Source: an uncultured Candidatus Saccharibacteria bacterium (GTDB taxonomy: Bacteria; Patescibacteriota; WWE3; UBA101185; UBA10185). Taken from it: DNA of 64,000 nt. Positions 36,092-45,308 of this stretch are shown in pieces (position 1 is the stretch's first letter; each line of letters begins with the position of its first letter). The position numbers and the translations under genes are program-made. A model generated the notes under the pieces. It did no database searches, was not told the origin of the DNA, and was given only the letters and a program-made list of their open reading frames with translations. Where the stretch lies: positions 5,600 to 69,599 of the forward strand of contig CAZSDQ010000002.1 in NCBI GenBank assembly GCA_964605725.1, written 5' to 3'.

Positions 36092-37912
36092 ATGACTACA
36101 AATGAACTAAAACAAAAATTTATAAAGTTTTTTCAGGAAAGGAATCACGCTTTAATCCCTTCTGCTTCACTTATCCCTGAAAACGACCCAACGGTGCTTT
36201 TTACTACTGCCGGTATGCACCCTTTGGTTCCTTATCTTTTAGGAGAAAATCACCCTTTAGGAAATAGACTTGTGAATGTTCAAAAGTGTTTAAGAACAGA
36301 TGATATTGATGAGGTTGGAGACGACACCCATGTTACGTTTTTTGAAATGCTCGGTAATTGGTCACTCGGTGATTACTGGAAAAAAGAATCGATTTCTTGG
36401 AGTTTTGATTTTTTAACTAAAGAACTTGGGATACCTGTTGAAAAGCTCGCGGTGACCTGTTTTGCAGGAGATGATAATGCGCCAAGGGACGAAGAGTCTG
36501 CAGAAATTTGGAGATCCGTTGGCATACCCGAAAATAGAATATTCTTTCTAGGAAAAATAGATAATTGGTGGGGACCGGTAGGTAGCTCGGGGCCTTGTGG
36601 TCCGGATACGGAAATTTTCTACTGGACTGGAGATGGCGAGCCTGAAAATCTTGATTCAGCTGAAGGCTCTAGTGATTGGGTAGAAATATGGAATAACGTA
36701 TTTATGCAATATGAAAAGACATCTGACGGTAAATTTTTACCCTTAAAACAAAAAAATGTGGATACAGGTATGGGTGTAGAAAGAACTACAGCAGTTTTAA
36801 ACAATAGAAAAAGTGTTTACGAAACGGATGCTTTTTTAGAAATTTATAAAAAAGTTAGTGAACTTTCGGATTCTTCAGATGAGATTGCTAAAAGAATAAT
36901 ATGTGATCATGTTAGAGCTTCTACATTTTTATTAGGAGATCAGCGATGTATTACACCTTCAAATGTTGATCAGGGATATGTTTTAAGAAAGCTTATAAGA
37001 AGAGCGATAAGAAAAGCCAAAAAAATAGGAATTAACGAACCTTTTCTTCTATCTTTGTCAAAAATTATTATTAATCAATATTCTAAAGATTATTCTGAAC
37101 TCAAAGAAAACCAGAATTTTATAGAAAAATACTTAGGCCTTGAGGAAGAAAAATTTAATAAAATACTAAACGAAGGTCAGAAAGAATCCTTTAAAGAAAT
37201 TGAAAAAATATCGGATGTAAATGAAATTGTTAATGTAGCAGGTATTGAAGTTTTAAGAGCTGCAAAAATATCATTTGATCTGTATCAATCCCAAGGTTAT
37301 CCAATGGAGATGTTTGTTGAAGATATGAAAGAAAAAAAGAATATCGAAGGAAGTATGTCTGAGAAAATTTGTGGAGACGTCGGAAGGTTAATTTCAACCC
37401 ACCAAAATGTTTCTAGAAAAGGTGCTGAAAGAAAGTTTAAAGGAGGTCTTTCTGATGATAGTGAAGAAGTTGTTAGATATCACACCGCCACTCACCTTTT
37501 AAATAAGGCTTTAAAAGAAGTTTTAGGAGACCATGTCAGACAAATTGGAAGCAATATCACTCCCGAAAGATTAAGGTTTGACTTTCCGAATAGTTCAAAA
37601 TTAACACAAGAAGAAATCGAAAGAGTTCAAAATATTGTGAATGATGTAGTAGATAAAGAACTTCCTGTAAATTTTCTTGTTTGCTCGCACGAAGATGCCG
37701 TAAGTTGCGGAGCAACTCATCTTGAAGGTGAAAAATATCCCGATCAAGTTAAGGTTTATTTTATCGGTGATAGTTTAGAATCTAGTTTTAGCAAAGAGTT
37801 TTGTGGAGGTCCCCATGTTAAAAATACTAAGGATATTGGGAAAATTGAGATTTATAAACAAGATAAAATAGGCGAGGGAAAGATGAGAGTTTACGCAAGA
37901 TTTAAGAGTTAA
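36092..37912 (+). CDS. alaS: alanyl-tRNA synthetase, short form lacking the C-terminal C-Ala domain
   Basis: Catalytic motifs FFQERNHALIPSASLIP.NDPTVLFTTAGM and FFEMLGNWSLGDY, plus editing-domain HTATHLL and CGGPHV. The start is set at MTTNEL (36092) by alignment to AlaRS N-termini; an in-frame ATG also exists at 36044. Confidence 0.8.
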   Translation: MTTNELKQKFIKFFQERNHALIPSASLIPENDPTVLFTTAGMHPLVPYLLGENHPLGNRLVNVQKCLRTDDIDEVGDDTHVTFFEMLGNWSLGDYWKKESISWSFDFLTKELGIPVEKLAVTCFAGDDNAPRDEESAEIWRSVGIPENRIFFLGKIDNWWGPVGSSGPCGPDTEIFYWTGDGEPENLDSAEGSSDWVEIWNNVFMQYEKTSDGKFLPLKQKNVDTGMGVERTTAVLNNRKSVYETDAFLEIYKKVSELSDSSDEIAKRIICDHVRASTFLLGDQRCITPSNVDQGYVLRKLIRRAIRKAKKIGINEPFLLSLSKIIINQYSKDYSELKENQNFIEKYLGLEEEKFNKILNEGQKESFKEIEKISDVNEIVNVAGIEVLRAAKISFDLYQSQGYPMEMFVEDMKEKKNIEGSMSEKICGDVGRLISTHQNVSRKGAERKFKGGLSDDSEEVVRYHTATHLLNKALKEVLGDHVRQIGSNITPERLRFDFPNSSKLTQEEIERVQNIVNDVVDKELPVNFLVCSHEDAVSCGATHLEGEKYPDQVKVYFIGDSLESSFSKEFCGGPHVKNTKDIGKIEIYKQDKIGEGKMRVYARFKS

Positions 37913-38004
37913 TATCGGGGGTTGAATTAACCCACTTGAAAGTGTTATATATTTGTTTGATTTACTAACTTACATAATTCATATTTAAAACAGGAGGTAT
38001 TTTT

Positions 38005-38307
38005 ATGACCAGTATAGAAAAAATAAAGCCTTTGTCAGATTATTTACTTATAGAGCCTCTTGAAAAAGAGACGGTTCTTCCTTCGGGAATTGTTGTTCCT
38101 GATACTGCTAAAGACAAACCTTCCGAAGGTAAGGTTTTGGCCGTAGGTGCTGGAAAAAAGGATGAAAAGGGAAACCTCATACCAGTACAAGTTTCAGTCG
38201 GTTCTGTTGTTATGTACAAAAAATGGGGCGGTACTGAAATAAAAGCAGAAGGAAAAGAACTTCTCTTAGTAAAAGAAGAGGATGTTATAGCAATAATTGA
38301 AGGTTAA
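38005..38307 (+). CDS. groES: co-chaperonin GroES
   Basis: Motifs IKPLSDYLLIEPLE and GKVLAVGAG; lies upstream of groEL. Confidence 0.9.
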   Translation: MTSIEKIKPLSDYLLIEPLEKETVLPSGIVVPDTAKDKPSEGKVLAVGAGKKDEKGNLIPVQVSVGSVVMYKKWGGTEIKAEGKELLLVKEEDVIAIIEG

Positions 38308-38329
38308 TTAATTTAAAGGAGAAATTATT

Positions 38330-39958
38330 ATGTCAGCAAAAGATATTATTTACGGAGAGAATGCTAGAGAAAAATTAAAAAAAGGTGTTGAAAAACTTGC
38401 CAAAGCTGTAGTAACAACCTTGGGTCCGAAGGGTGGTAATGTAGCCCTAGATAAAAGCTGGGGGACACCTCAAGTTGTAAATGACGGAGTGACAATTGCC
38501 AAAGAAATTGACCTAGAAGATAAGTTCGAAAATATGGGTGCACAGATTGTAAAGGAAGCTGCATCTAAAACTAATGATTTAGCAGGAGATGGAACCACAA
38601 CAGCCGTAGTGCTTGCCAGAGCCGTTGTTAATGAAGGTTTGAAAAATATTTCAGCAGGTACTAATGCTATGGTATTAAGAGGTGGTTTGGAAAAAGCTAC
38701 CAAGGCTTTAGTAGAAGAAATTGCTAAATTTGCCAAAAAGATTTCCAGCAAAGAAGAAAAAATCCAAGTTGCTACTATTTCAGCCCAAAACAAAGAAGTT
38801 GGAGAATTAATTGCCGAAGCCATGGAAAAAGTCGGTGAAGCAGGAGTTATTACGGTAGATGAATCAAAAGGTTCCAACATCGAATTGGAATACAAAGAAG
38901 GAATGCAGTTCGATAAAGGATATCTTTCACCCTATTTTGTTACTAATCCTGAAAAAATGGAATCTGTTTTGGAAAATCCTTACATTTTATTAACTGATGC
39001 CAAAATTTCCAATATGCAGGATATGCTGCCTTTGTTAGAAAGTTTGATGAAAGTGTCTAAAGATTTGGTAATCATATCTGATGATGTTGATGGGGAAGCT
39101 TTAGCTACATTGGTGGTCAATAAATTAAGAGGTGTATTAAATGTTTTGGCTATTAAAGCACCCGGTTTTGGAGATAACAGAAAAGCTTTACTTGAGGATA
39201 TTTCAATTCTTACCGGAGCTACTTTGATAAGCGAAGAAATGGGCAAAAAGATTAGTGGAGCTACTGTAGAAGATTTGGGAAGAGCTGACCGAGTTATATC
39301 AGACAAGGATAGCACCACTGTAGTTGGAGGTAAGGGCAACGAAGCAGAAATAAAAGATAGAGTAAAGATGATTCAAACCCAAATTGAAAATGAAACATCA
39401 ACTTACGAAAAAGAAAAACTTCAGGAAAGATTAGCTAAACTTAGTGGCGGGGTGGCAGTAGTTAAGGTCGGAGCCGCTACAGAAGCTGAGTTAAAAGAAC
39501 TAAAACTTAGAGTTGAGGATGCAGTTAACGCTACCAAAGCAGCTGTGGAAGAAGGTATAGTGCCAGGAGGCGGGATAGCCTTTTTAAGAGCAAGAAAAGT
39601 CTTAAAAGATTTACATTTTGAAGGTGACGAACAAGTGGGAGTAAGTATTCTTGAAAAAGCATTGGAGCAACCAATAAGAATGATTGTTAAAAATACCGGA
39701 GGAGATGACGGGAAAGTCATGGCTGAAATTGAAAGAAGGGCAAAAGAAGAAAACAATGAAAACATTGGTTACGACGTGTTAAAAATGGATTATGTCGATA
39801 TGGTTGAATCAGGAATTATTGATCCCGCTAAGGTCACCAGAAGTGCCTTACAGAATGCAGTATCTGCGGCAACTATGATAATAACAACAGAATGCCTGGT
39901 TACAGAGTTGCCTAAAAAAGATGAAAAAGCCCCGATGCAAATGCCCGAGGATTACTAG
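38330..39958 (+). CDS. groEL: chaperonin GroEL
   Basis: [22 protein letters not shown] and [10 protein letters not shown] motifs. 542 aa. Confidence 0.95.
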   Translation: MSAKDIIYGENAREKLKKGVEKLAKAVVTTLGPKGGNVALDKSWGTPQVVNDGVTIAKEIDLEDKFENMGAQIVKEAASKTNDLAGDGTTTAVVLARAVVNEGLKNISAGTNAMVLRGGLEKATKALVEEIAKFAKKISSKEEKIQVATISAQNKEVGELIAEAMEKVGEAGVITVDESKGSNIELEYKEGMQFDKGYLSPYFVTNPEKMESVLENPYILLTDAKISNMQDMLPLLESLMKVSKDLVIISDDVDGEALATLVVNKLRGVLNVLAIKAPGFGDNRKALLEDISILTGATLISEEMGKKISGATVEDLGRADRVISDKDSTTVVGGKGNEAEIKDRVKMIQTQIENETSTYEKEKLQERLAKLSGGVAVVKVGAATEAELKELKLRVEDAVNATKAAVEEGIVPGGGIAFLRARKVLKDLHFEGDEQVGVSILEKALEQPIRMIVKNTGGDDGKVMAEIERRAKEENNENIGYDVLKMDYVDMVESGIIDPAKVTRSALQNAVSAATMIITTECLVTELPKKDEKAPMQMPEDY

Positions 39959-39986
39959 AAATTTCGTAATTATCAAAAAAGCAAAA

Positions 39987-40021
39987 AAAGGGGGAGGGGG
40001 CGAAGCCCCCTCCCCCTTTTT
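39987..40021. terminator. strong GC-rich bidirectional rho-independent terminator
   Basis: aaaaagGGGGAGGGGGCgaaGCCCCCTCCCCCttttt lies between convergent groEL (+) and a nucleotidyltransferase gene (-). Confidence 0.6.
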
Positions 40022-40030
40022 CCCATTTAT

Positions 40031-41041
40031 TTATTTTTCCCCCTTTGATTCTGTTTGTTTAATTTGTTTTGTTATTTTTTTGGTATCTTTCCTTTTTCTG
40101 GTAATATCTTTACTTCCAACTTCAATTTGCGGATTTTTGATTTTATCTCTTTTTTCCAAATCCTTTTCTAATTTTTTTAATGTGTCTTTGTATATTTTTT
40201 TATATCCAGACAAAATCCTCTTACTTGAATCATTTTTATTAAAATGTATTAACTTCTTGTTTACAGTTTCAGTGGTAATATCTTTTTTCATGTGCAGTAT
40301 TTGTACTTTCATTGCCAAAGATTCGATGAAATTCATAATAAAATTTTTCCTCAACTTTTTCTTTTTAACATCTTTTGAAAAATCGATTATAAAATTTGGG
40401 TAATATTTACCTACCCACCTATTTGCATTGATGAAATTTAAATATATCTCGTCTCTCCATAAATAAGGTTTCATCGATATTATGTTTTGAGCTACATAAA
40501 GATTTCTTTTCTTTTTAGGCCAGCCCATATTACCTTCTTCTATGAAAATGTTGGGGCAGATATCTCTTTTACTCTTGTCTGAAGGAAGTTGCCCAACTAT
40601 TTTAAGAACTATAAAAACCAACCCTCTACATATCCATAATCTATTACTTTCGGTAATAAACAACAAATCTATGTCTGCCTTTTTATCACTGTTTTGGTTA
40701 GCAACAGATCCTGTCAGAGCAATCATTTTTATCCATGGGATTCTAGACAATATTTTCAAATAAGATTTATTTTTTTCAATAATTTCAGAAGTATTTTTTA
40801 ACCTTTTTTCTCGATCTATATTTTTAACTCCGGAAATTATGTATCTTCCTTTTGTTTTTCTTACAATCTTTGCATTTACAAGTTCTTCTAAGTTTTTTTT
40901 AATTAATTTATCTGAAAAATTATTTTGCGAAATTAAATTTTTGATAATCTCATCGATACTTAAAGGAAATCCGAAAAAACTACTGTACGAGAGAGTTTTA
41001 ATTACGGAAATCTTACAAGGATTAATGCTGTTTTTCTTCAT
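40031..41041 (-). CDS. nucleotidyltransferase (Pol-beta superfamily) domain protein with a lysine-rich C-terminal tail
   Basis: Core motif ALTGSVANQNSDKKADIDLLFITE (GS...DxD). N-terminal wHTH-like region and a K-rich, low-complexity C-terminus. Confidence 0.5.
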   Translation of the reverse strand: MKKNSINPCKISVIKTLSYSSFFGFPLSIDEIIKNLISQNNFSDKLIKKNLEELVNAKIVRKTKGRYIISGVKNIDREKRLKNTSEIIEKNKSYLKILSRIPWIKMIALTGSVANQNSDKKADIDLLFITESNRLWICRGLVFIVLKIVGQLPSDKSKRDICPNIFIEEGNMGWPKKKRNLYVAQNIISMKPYLWRDEIYLNFINANRWVGKYYPNFIIDFSKDVKKKKLRKNFIMNFIESLAMKVQILHMKKDITTETVNKKLIHFNKNDSSKRILSGYKKIYKDTLKKLEKDLEKRDKIKNPQIEVGSKDITRKRKDTKKITKQIKQTESKGEK

Positions 41042-41047
41042 TTTAAT

Positions 41048-41446
41048 TTAAATTGTATCAAGTACTTCGTTCACTATTTTGTCGGCTATATAATTCTTCT
41101 CTCTAGGTACGTGGTTATATTTAACTGATTCAAAATCTTTCTCGATCATTTTTGCTTCGTTAAAGAAGGTTTTCATTCGGGGTTCTTTTACTTTGAATTT
41201 TCCATTAAGCTGACTGACCACCAGCAGGCTGTCTATATAAAAAACAATCTCACTTCCTTTTAAATCTTTTGCCGCTTTCAATCCTTCTATGACAGCCTTA
41301 TATTCAGCCTCATTATTTGTTGATTTACCAATAAATTTTCCAATCTCTTTGATAACTTTCTTTTTTTCATCCAACACCACTACTCCAATAGCTCCGGGAC
41401 CGGGGTTACCTCTTGCTCCTCCGTCTGTGTGAATAAATAGTTTCAT
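41048..41446 (-). CDS. rnhA: ribonuclease HI
   Basis: HTDGGARGNPGPGAIGVV, TNNEAEYKAVIEGL and YIDSLLVV motifs carry the conserved D/E/D residues. Confidence 0.8.
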   Translation of the reverse strand: MKLFIHTDGGARGNPGPGAIGVVVLDEKKKVIKEIGKFIGKSTNNEAEYKAVIEGLKAAKDLKGSEIVFYIDSLLVVSQLNGKFKVKEPRMKTFFNEAKMIEKDFESVKYNHVPREKNYIADKIVNEVLDTI

Positions 41447-41450
41447 ATAA

Positions 41451-42107
41451 TTAGTCCTTAAAATATTCTTTGAGGCTGATTATGAAAATACCCAAAGAAA
41501 AACCAACAAGAATTCCCGCAACACTTGTAATCAAGAGTGGTTTGTAAAATTGTTTAATAAAAGGTTCTTCAGAGATTTTTACTACCGTAAGTTTCCCATC
41601 TCCATCTCTATTTATTTCCTTAGAGGTTTTAATCAGTATGTCTGCTATATTTTCCCAAATTGTTTTAGCCCTGTTTAAATCTTTGTCTTTAAGAGCAATA
41701 TTAATTATTTGAGGGCCGGTTTTCTTTACAGACATCGATTTACTAATTTTTCTTATATTGTAACCGTCCTCTGGTAAATCTAATTTATTTAAAACTTGCT
41801 TTTTAACATCTTCGCTTTCTGCTAGGGCCACTACTGAGTTAGTATACGTTGACGCTGTCTGTTGAGAGTAGTAACCCTCATATGTAAAAAATGACTCAGA
41901 ATTATCTTCTTTTCTCGTTATATAAAAAGAACCTGAAGCAGTGTAATTAGAGGGTAGGAAATGAATAAGAACACCTGTTATTAACCCGATTAAAGCACAT
42001 AAAGATAGTACTTGTCGGTTTTTCCTTATTTTTTTAAATATTTCTCTAAATTCCATAAGTCTAATTATACCAGCAAAAAGGTTAATAAAATAAGCGATAA
42101 ACCGCAA
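41451..42107 (-). CDS. Wzz-like polysaccharide chain-length determinant family protein
   Basis: N-terminal TM helix followed by a periplasmic region (SGSFYITRKED...VVALAESEDVKKQVLNKLDL) and a C-terminal TM helix. Resemblance is to the Wzz N-terminal domain only. Confidence 0.4.
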   Translation of the reverse strand: MRFIAYFINLFAGIIRLMEFREIFKKIRKNRQVLSLCALIGLITGVLIHFLPSNYTASGSFYITRKEDNSESFFTYEGYYSQQTASTYTNSVVALAESEDVKKQVLNKLDLPEDGYNIRKISKSMSVKKTGPQIINIALKDKDLNRAKTIWENIADILIKTSKEINRDGDGKLTVVKISEEPFIKQFYKPLLITSVAGILVGFSLGIFIISLKEYFKD

Positions 42108-42181
42108 AAAAGTGATGAAGTTAAGTATTAAATTATGTATACTTTAGTAAATTTATTAAAATTTAAAACATTACTGCCCAG

Positions 42182-45100
42182 ATGCCAAAACAACAAACTA
42201 TAACTAAATCTTCTCTCATTCCCACGGTGTTGATATCCGGAGGTGCAGGTTTTATTGGATCTCACTTAGCAGAATATCTTCTTCAAAACAAGTCCAGGGT
42301 AGTTGTTTTAGATAATTTTAAAACCGGTAAGGATATACACGTAAAGCATTTGTTATCAGATAAAAATTTTGCTCTTTATGATGTTGATATAAATGAAGGT
42401 ATTCCTTCGGAGATTCAAAGTGTTGACTATATTTTTCATTTGGCCGGATTGGAGGAATACTTTTATAGTAAGGATTATTTAAATCTGGAATCTCTTTTTA
42501 CCAATTCTTTAGGAACAAAAAATCTTCTAGATCTAGCAAAAAAATCTTCTGCTAAATTTTTACTTGCTTCCACGATAGATATTTATCAAGGAAGGTTGTC
42601 CCAAGTCGATCTTGGAAAATATTTCGGTTCTTCCGGCGGTGAGGAAAATAGGTTTAGTTTGCTCGAGGCAAAAAGATTTGCTGAAGCCGTAGTTTGGGAG
42701 TATTTCAAAAGACATAATTTAGATGCCCGTATTGTAAGACTACCGGAAGTTTACGGTCCAAGAATGGACCTTTCTTCGAGTGGTTTTTTAGGTGGTTATA
42801 TTAAAAATGTATTAGATGGCTCCTCAATTGATATTTACGGTGAAGGCGAGGAAAAAGAATTTTATTTGTATATCTCTGATGTGATTTCAGGGTTAGTTAA
42901 GGCTCAGTTTAGCGAGGGTACTTCAGGAGATATTTACTCGCTTGTACCTGAAAACCCCGTTTCATCTTTGGAAACCGCCTATCTAGTAAGAAGCCTGGCG
43001 GATTCTAAGCTTTCAATACAATTTAAAAAGGGTTTGTCTGAAATAAGAGAGCCGTTGAGTATACCCGAGAGTTTTAATGTTAAATCTATTGGATGGAAGC
43101 CTAAGGTTCAACTAAAAGAGGGTGTAATGAAAACACTGGAGTTTTTTGACTATTCTCCGAATACAAATGCTTTTAAGCCGGCAAAATATTTAGAGCAAAA
43201 ACTTAAAAAAGTTGAGTCAGTGCCTGAAAGCATAGTTTCTTTACAGGGAGTTAAAATATCAAACCTTCCTAAAAATGATGAGTCCGAAAGATTTTTTAAT
43301 AATACTTTTAAAGAGACTGCCGAAAATCAAATTGAACCAAACAATGCTTTGCCTGAGAAAAAAATAAAAAATAAATTTAAATTTTCTTTATTTAATAAGT
43401 CTTCAAAAAAATCAAATATAAAGGATTTTAGTAATAAGGTTAGAACCGACCTAGGTTATTTTAACGCTATATTGGGTATTGTAATCTCGGCGCTTTTGGT
43501 TTTTATCGGAGTTCCCTCTTTGAGCACTTATATTAATATCAAAAAAGGTTACTCCTCTTTAAATAAAGTAAAACAAAATATTATGTCTCTGGACTCTGCT
43601 AATTTAAGCTCAGATACCCTCTCTGCATATAACGGTTTTAAGAACGGAAAATCCTCACTAAAGAGAATTAGATGGGTATTTAAGATTATCGGTAAGGATG
43701 AAAATTATGTAACTTATGACAAGCTTTTAAGTTCGTTAATGTTTTTTTCAAAAGCAGGTAATCTCGGTTCAGATGCTTTGAAACCTGTTGAATCTATGTT
43801 GGAGACGTTGAAGCCGGGAAGTACATTGACTTTGGACGCTACTCTGTTTGATAGGGCAAAGATTGGGATTGTCGGAGCTAGAGATTATATTAGGATGGCT
43901 GAAGCTGATTTAGTTGGTATTGATAACTCTCTAATTCCTGAAAAATACAAAAATTATCTTGATGAGTATCGAGGAGTACTCAGCCAGTCTCAAGAATTTG
44001 CAGATTCCGCATCTGTTGTTATGAGCGGGCTTCCACAACTTTTAGGTATGGAAGGTGAAAAAAAATACATTATTTGGTTTCAGAATTCCAACGAAATAAG
44101 ACCAACCGGTGGATTTATCGGTTCTTACGCTACAGTGAGTATTGATTCGGGAAAGATTAAAAATATACTTATTGATGATATATATAACCCCGATGGTCAG
44201 ATTGATGTTAGAAATATTAAAACTACCCCTCCAGAACCTATTAAAAAATTTCTTAATGAGGAAGTATTATATCTAAGAAATTCCAATTGGGATCCCGACT
44301 TTACCAAATCAGCCAAGGTTTTTGATGATATTTACTTTAAAATAACAGGTGAAAGTGTAGATGGTTACATAGCTCTTGATTTGAAATTTGTTGAGAGTCT
44401 TCTTAGAGTAACAGGGCCGGTATTTTTAGCCTCGTATAACGAAGATATTAATTCAGAAAATCTTGACGAAAGAGCTCAATATTATAGTGGGTTTGATTAT
44501 AAAGAGGGTTCGACAGATAAAAAATCCTTTTTGACAATTCTTGGAGGGAAGCTTCTTGAAAAAATATTTTCTTTGAAAAAAGAGGATTTTCCTAAACTTG
44601 TAACAGAGCTGGGGAGGTCGCTTGAAGAGAGACACCTTCAGATTTCTCTTAATAATAATCAAATAAATTCTCTGTTGTCTGAAAATAAGTGGGATGGTAG
44701 TTTAGTCGATACCGAAGGGGATTATCTATATGTGGTTAATGCGAACCTCGGTGGTACCAAATCTAATTATTACGTCGAAAATAAAATGACCTACGAAATT
44801 AATTCTATGACCAGAGATGGTTTATTAAGAGCAAATTTGTATTTGGATTATAAAAATAATGCTGAAAACGATGCTTGGCCCGGCGGTCCTTATACTGATT
44901 ATGTTAGAGTTTTAGTAAAAGACGGTTCTAAGCTGACTGGGGCTAAAATAATTAATAATACAGGTGAGGAAACGGACATATTTAAGGATGTAGTAGTTTC
45001 GAAGGTTGGTGTTTACTCTTCTTTTGAAACTAGTTTCAAGTTGCTTCCAAAAGAATCAATTAGGTTGGTTATTAGTTACGATCTTCCCCAGAAAGCATCG

Positions 45101-45301
45101 ATGACTAAAGAGGGTAGTTCATACAGCTTGTATTGGCAAAAACAGCCCGGAACCAGTAAGGACAATTATTCTTTTATTTTTAACCCTCCTTTTGGTTCAG
45201 TCACTCAAAACTTATCAAATAATTTACAAGTTGATGGTACATCAATAAAATCCTCGGGAATTCTGATAAAAGATATGGAGTACTACATAAGTTTTAAATA
45301 A
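42182..45301 (+). CDS. giant fusion protein: N-terminal NAD-dependent epimerase/dehydratase domain plus a TM segment and an extracellular DUF4012 domain
   Basis: Rossmann motif VLISGGAGFIGSHLAEYLL and SDR-like YxxxK region in the first ~330 aa, then a TM helix near aa 430. DUF4012 signature IIWFQNSNEIRPTGGFIGSYATVSIDSGKIKNILIDDIYNPDGQ. Confidence 0.65.
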   Translation: MPKQQTITKSSLIPTVLISGGAGFIGSHLAEYLLQNKSRVVVLDNFKTGKDIHVKHLLSDKNFALYDVDINEGIPSEIQSVDYIFHLAGLEEYFYSKDYLNLESLFTNSLGTKNLLDLAKKSSAKFLLASTIDIYQGRLSQVDLGKYFGSSGGEENRFSLLEAKRFAEAVVWEYFKRHNLDARIVRLPEVYGPRMDLSSSGFLGGYIKNVLDGSSIDIYGEGEEKEFYLYISDVISGLVKAQFSEGTSGDIYSLVPENPVSSLETAYLVRSLADSKLSIQFKKGLSEIREPLSIPESFNVKSIGWKPKVQLKEGVMKTLEFFDYSPNTNAFKPAKYLEQKLKKVESVPESIVSLQGVKISNLPKNDESERFFNNTFKETAENQIEPNNALPEKKIKNKFKFSLFNKSSKKSNIKDFSNKVRTDLGYFNAILGIVISALLVFIGVPSLSTYINIKKGYSSLNKVKQNIMSLDSANLSSDTLSAYNGFKNGKSSLKRIRWVFKIIGKDENYVTYDKLLSSLMFFSKAGNLGSDALKPVESMLETLKPGSTLTLDATLFDRAKIGIVGARDYIRMAEADLVGIDNSLIPEKYKNYLDEYRGVLSQSQEFADSASVVMSGLPQLLGMEGEKKYIIWFQNSNEIRPTGGFIGSYATVSIDSGKIKNILIDDIYNPDGQIDVRNIKTTPPEPIKKFLNEEVLYLRNSNWDPDFTKSAKVFDDIYFKITGESVDGYIALDLKFVESLLRVTGPVFLASYNEDINSENLDERAQYYSGFDYKEGSTDKKSFLTILGGKLLEKIFSLKKEDFPKLVTELGRSLEERHLQISLNNNQINSLLSENKWDGSLVDTEGDYLYVVNANLGGTKSNYYVENKMTYEINSMTRDGLLRANLYLDYKNNAENDAWPGGPYTDYVRVLVKDGSKLTGAKIINNTGEETDIFKDVVVSKVGVYSSFETSFKLLPKESIRLVISYDLPQKASMTKEGSSYSLYWQKQPGTSKDNYSFIFNPPFGSVTQNLSNNLQVDGTSIKSSGILIKDMEYYISFK

Positions 45302-45308
45302 ATTTTTA

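Noticed and set aside
38364-39765. Several 60-140-aa ORFs antisense to groEL (38364..38564, 38470..38895, 38980..39339, 39421..39765)
   Set aside because: They lie entirely inside the strongly supported groEL CDS. Their translations are low-complexity (S/L/P-rich), typical of antisense frames of an A/G-rich codon-biased gene.
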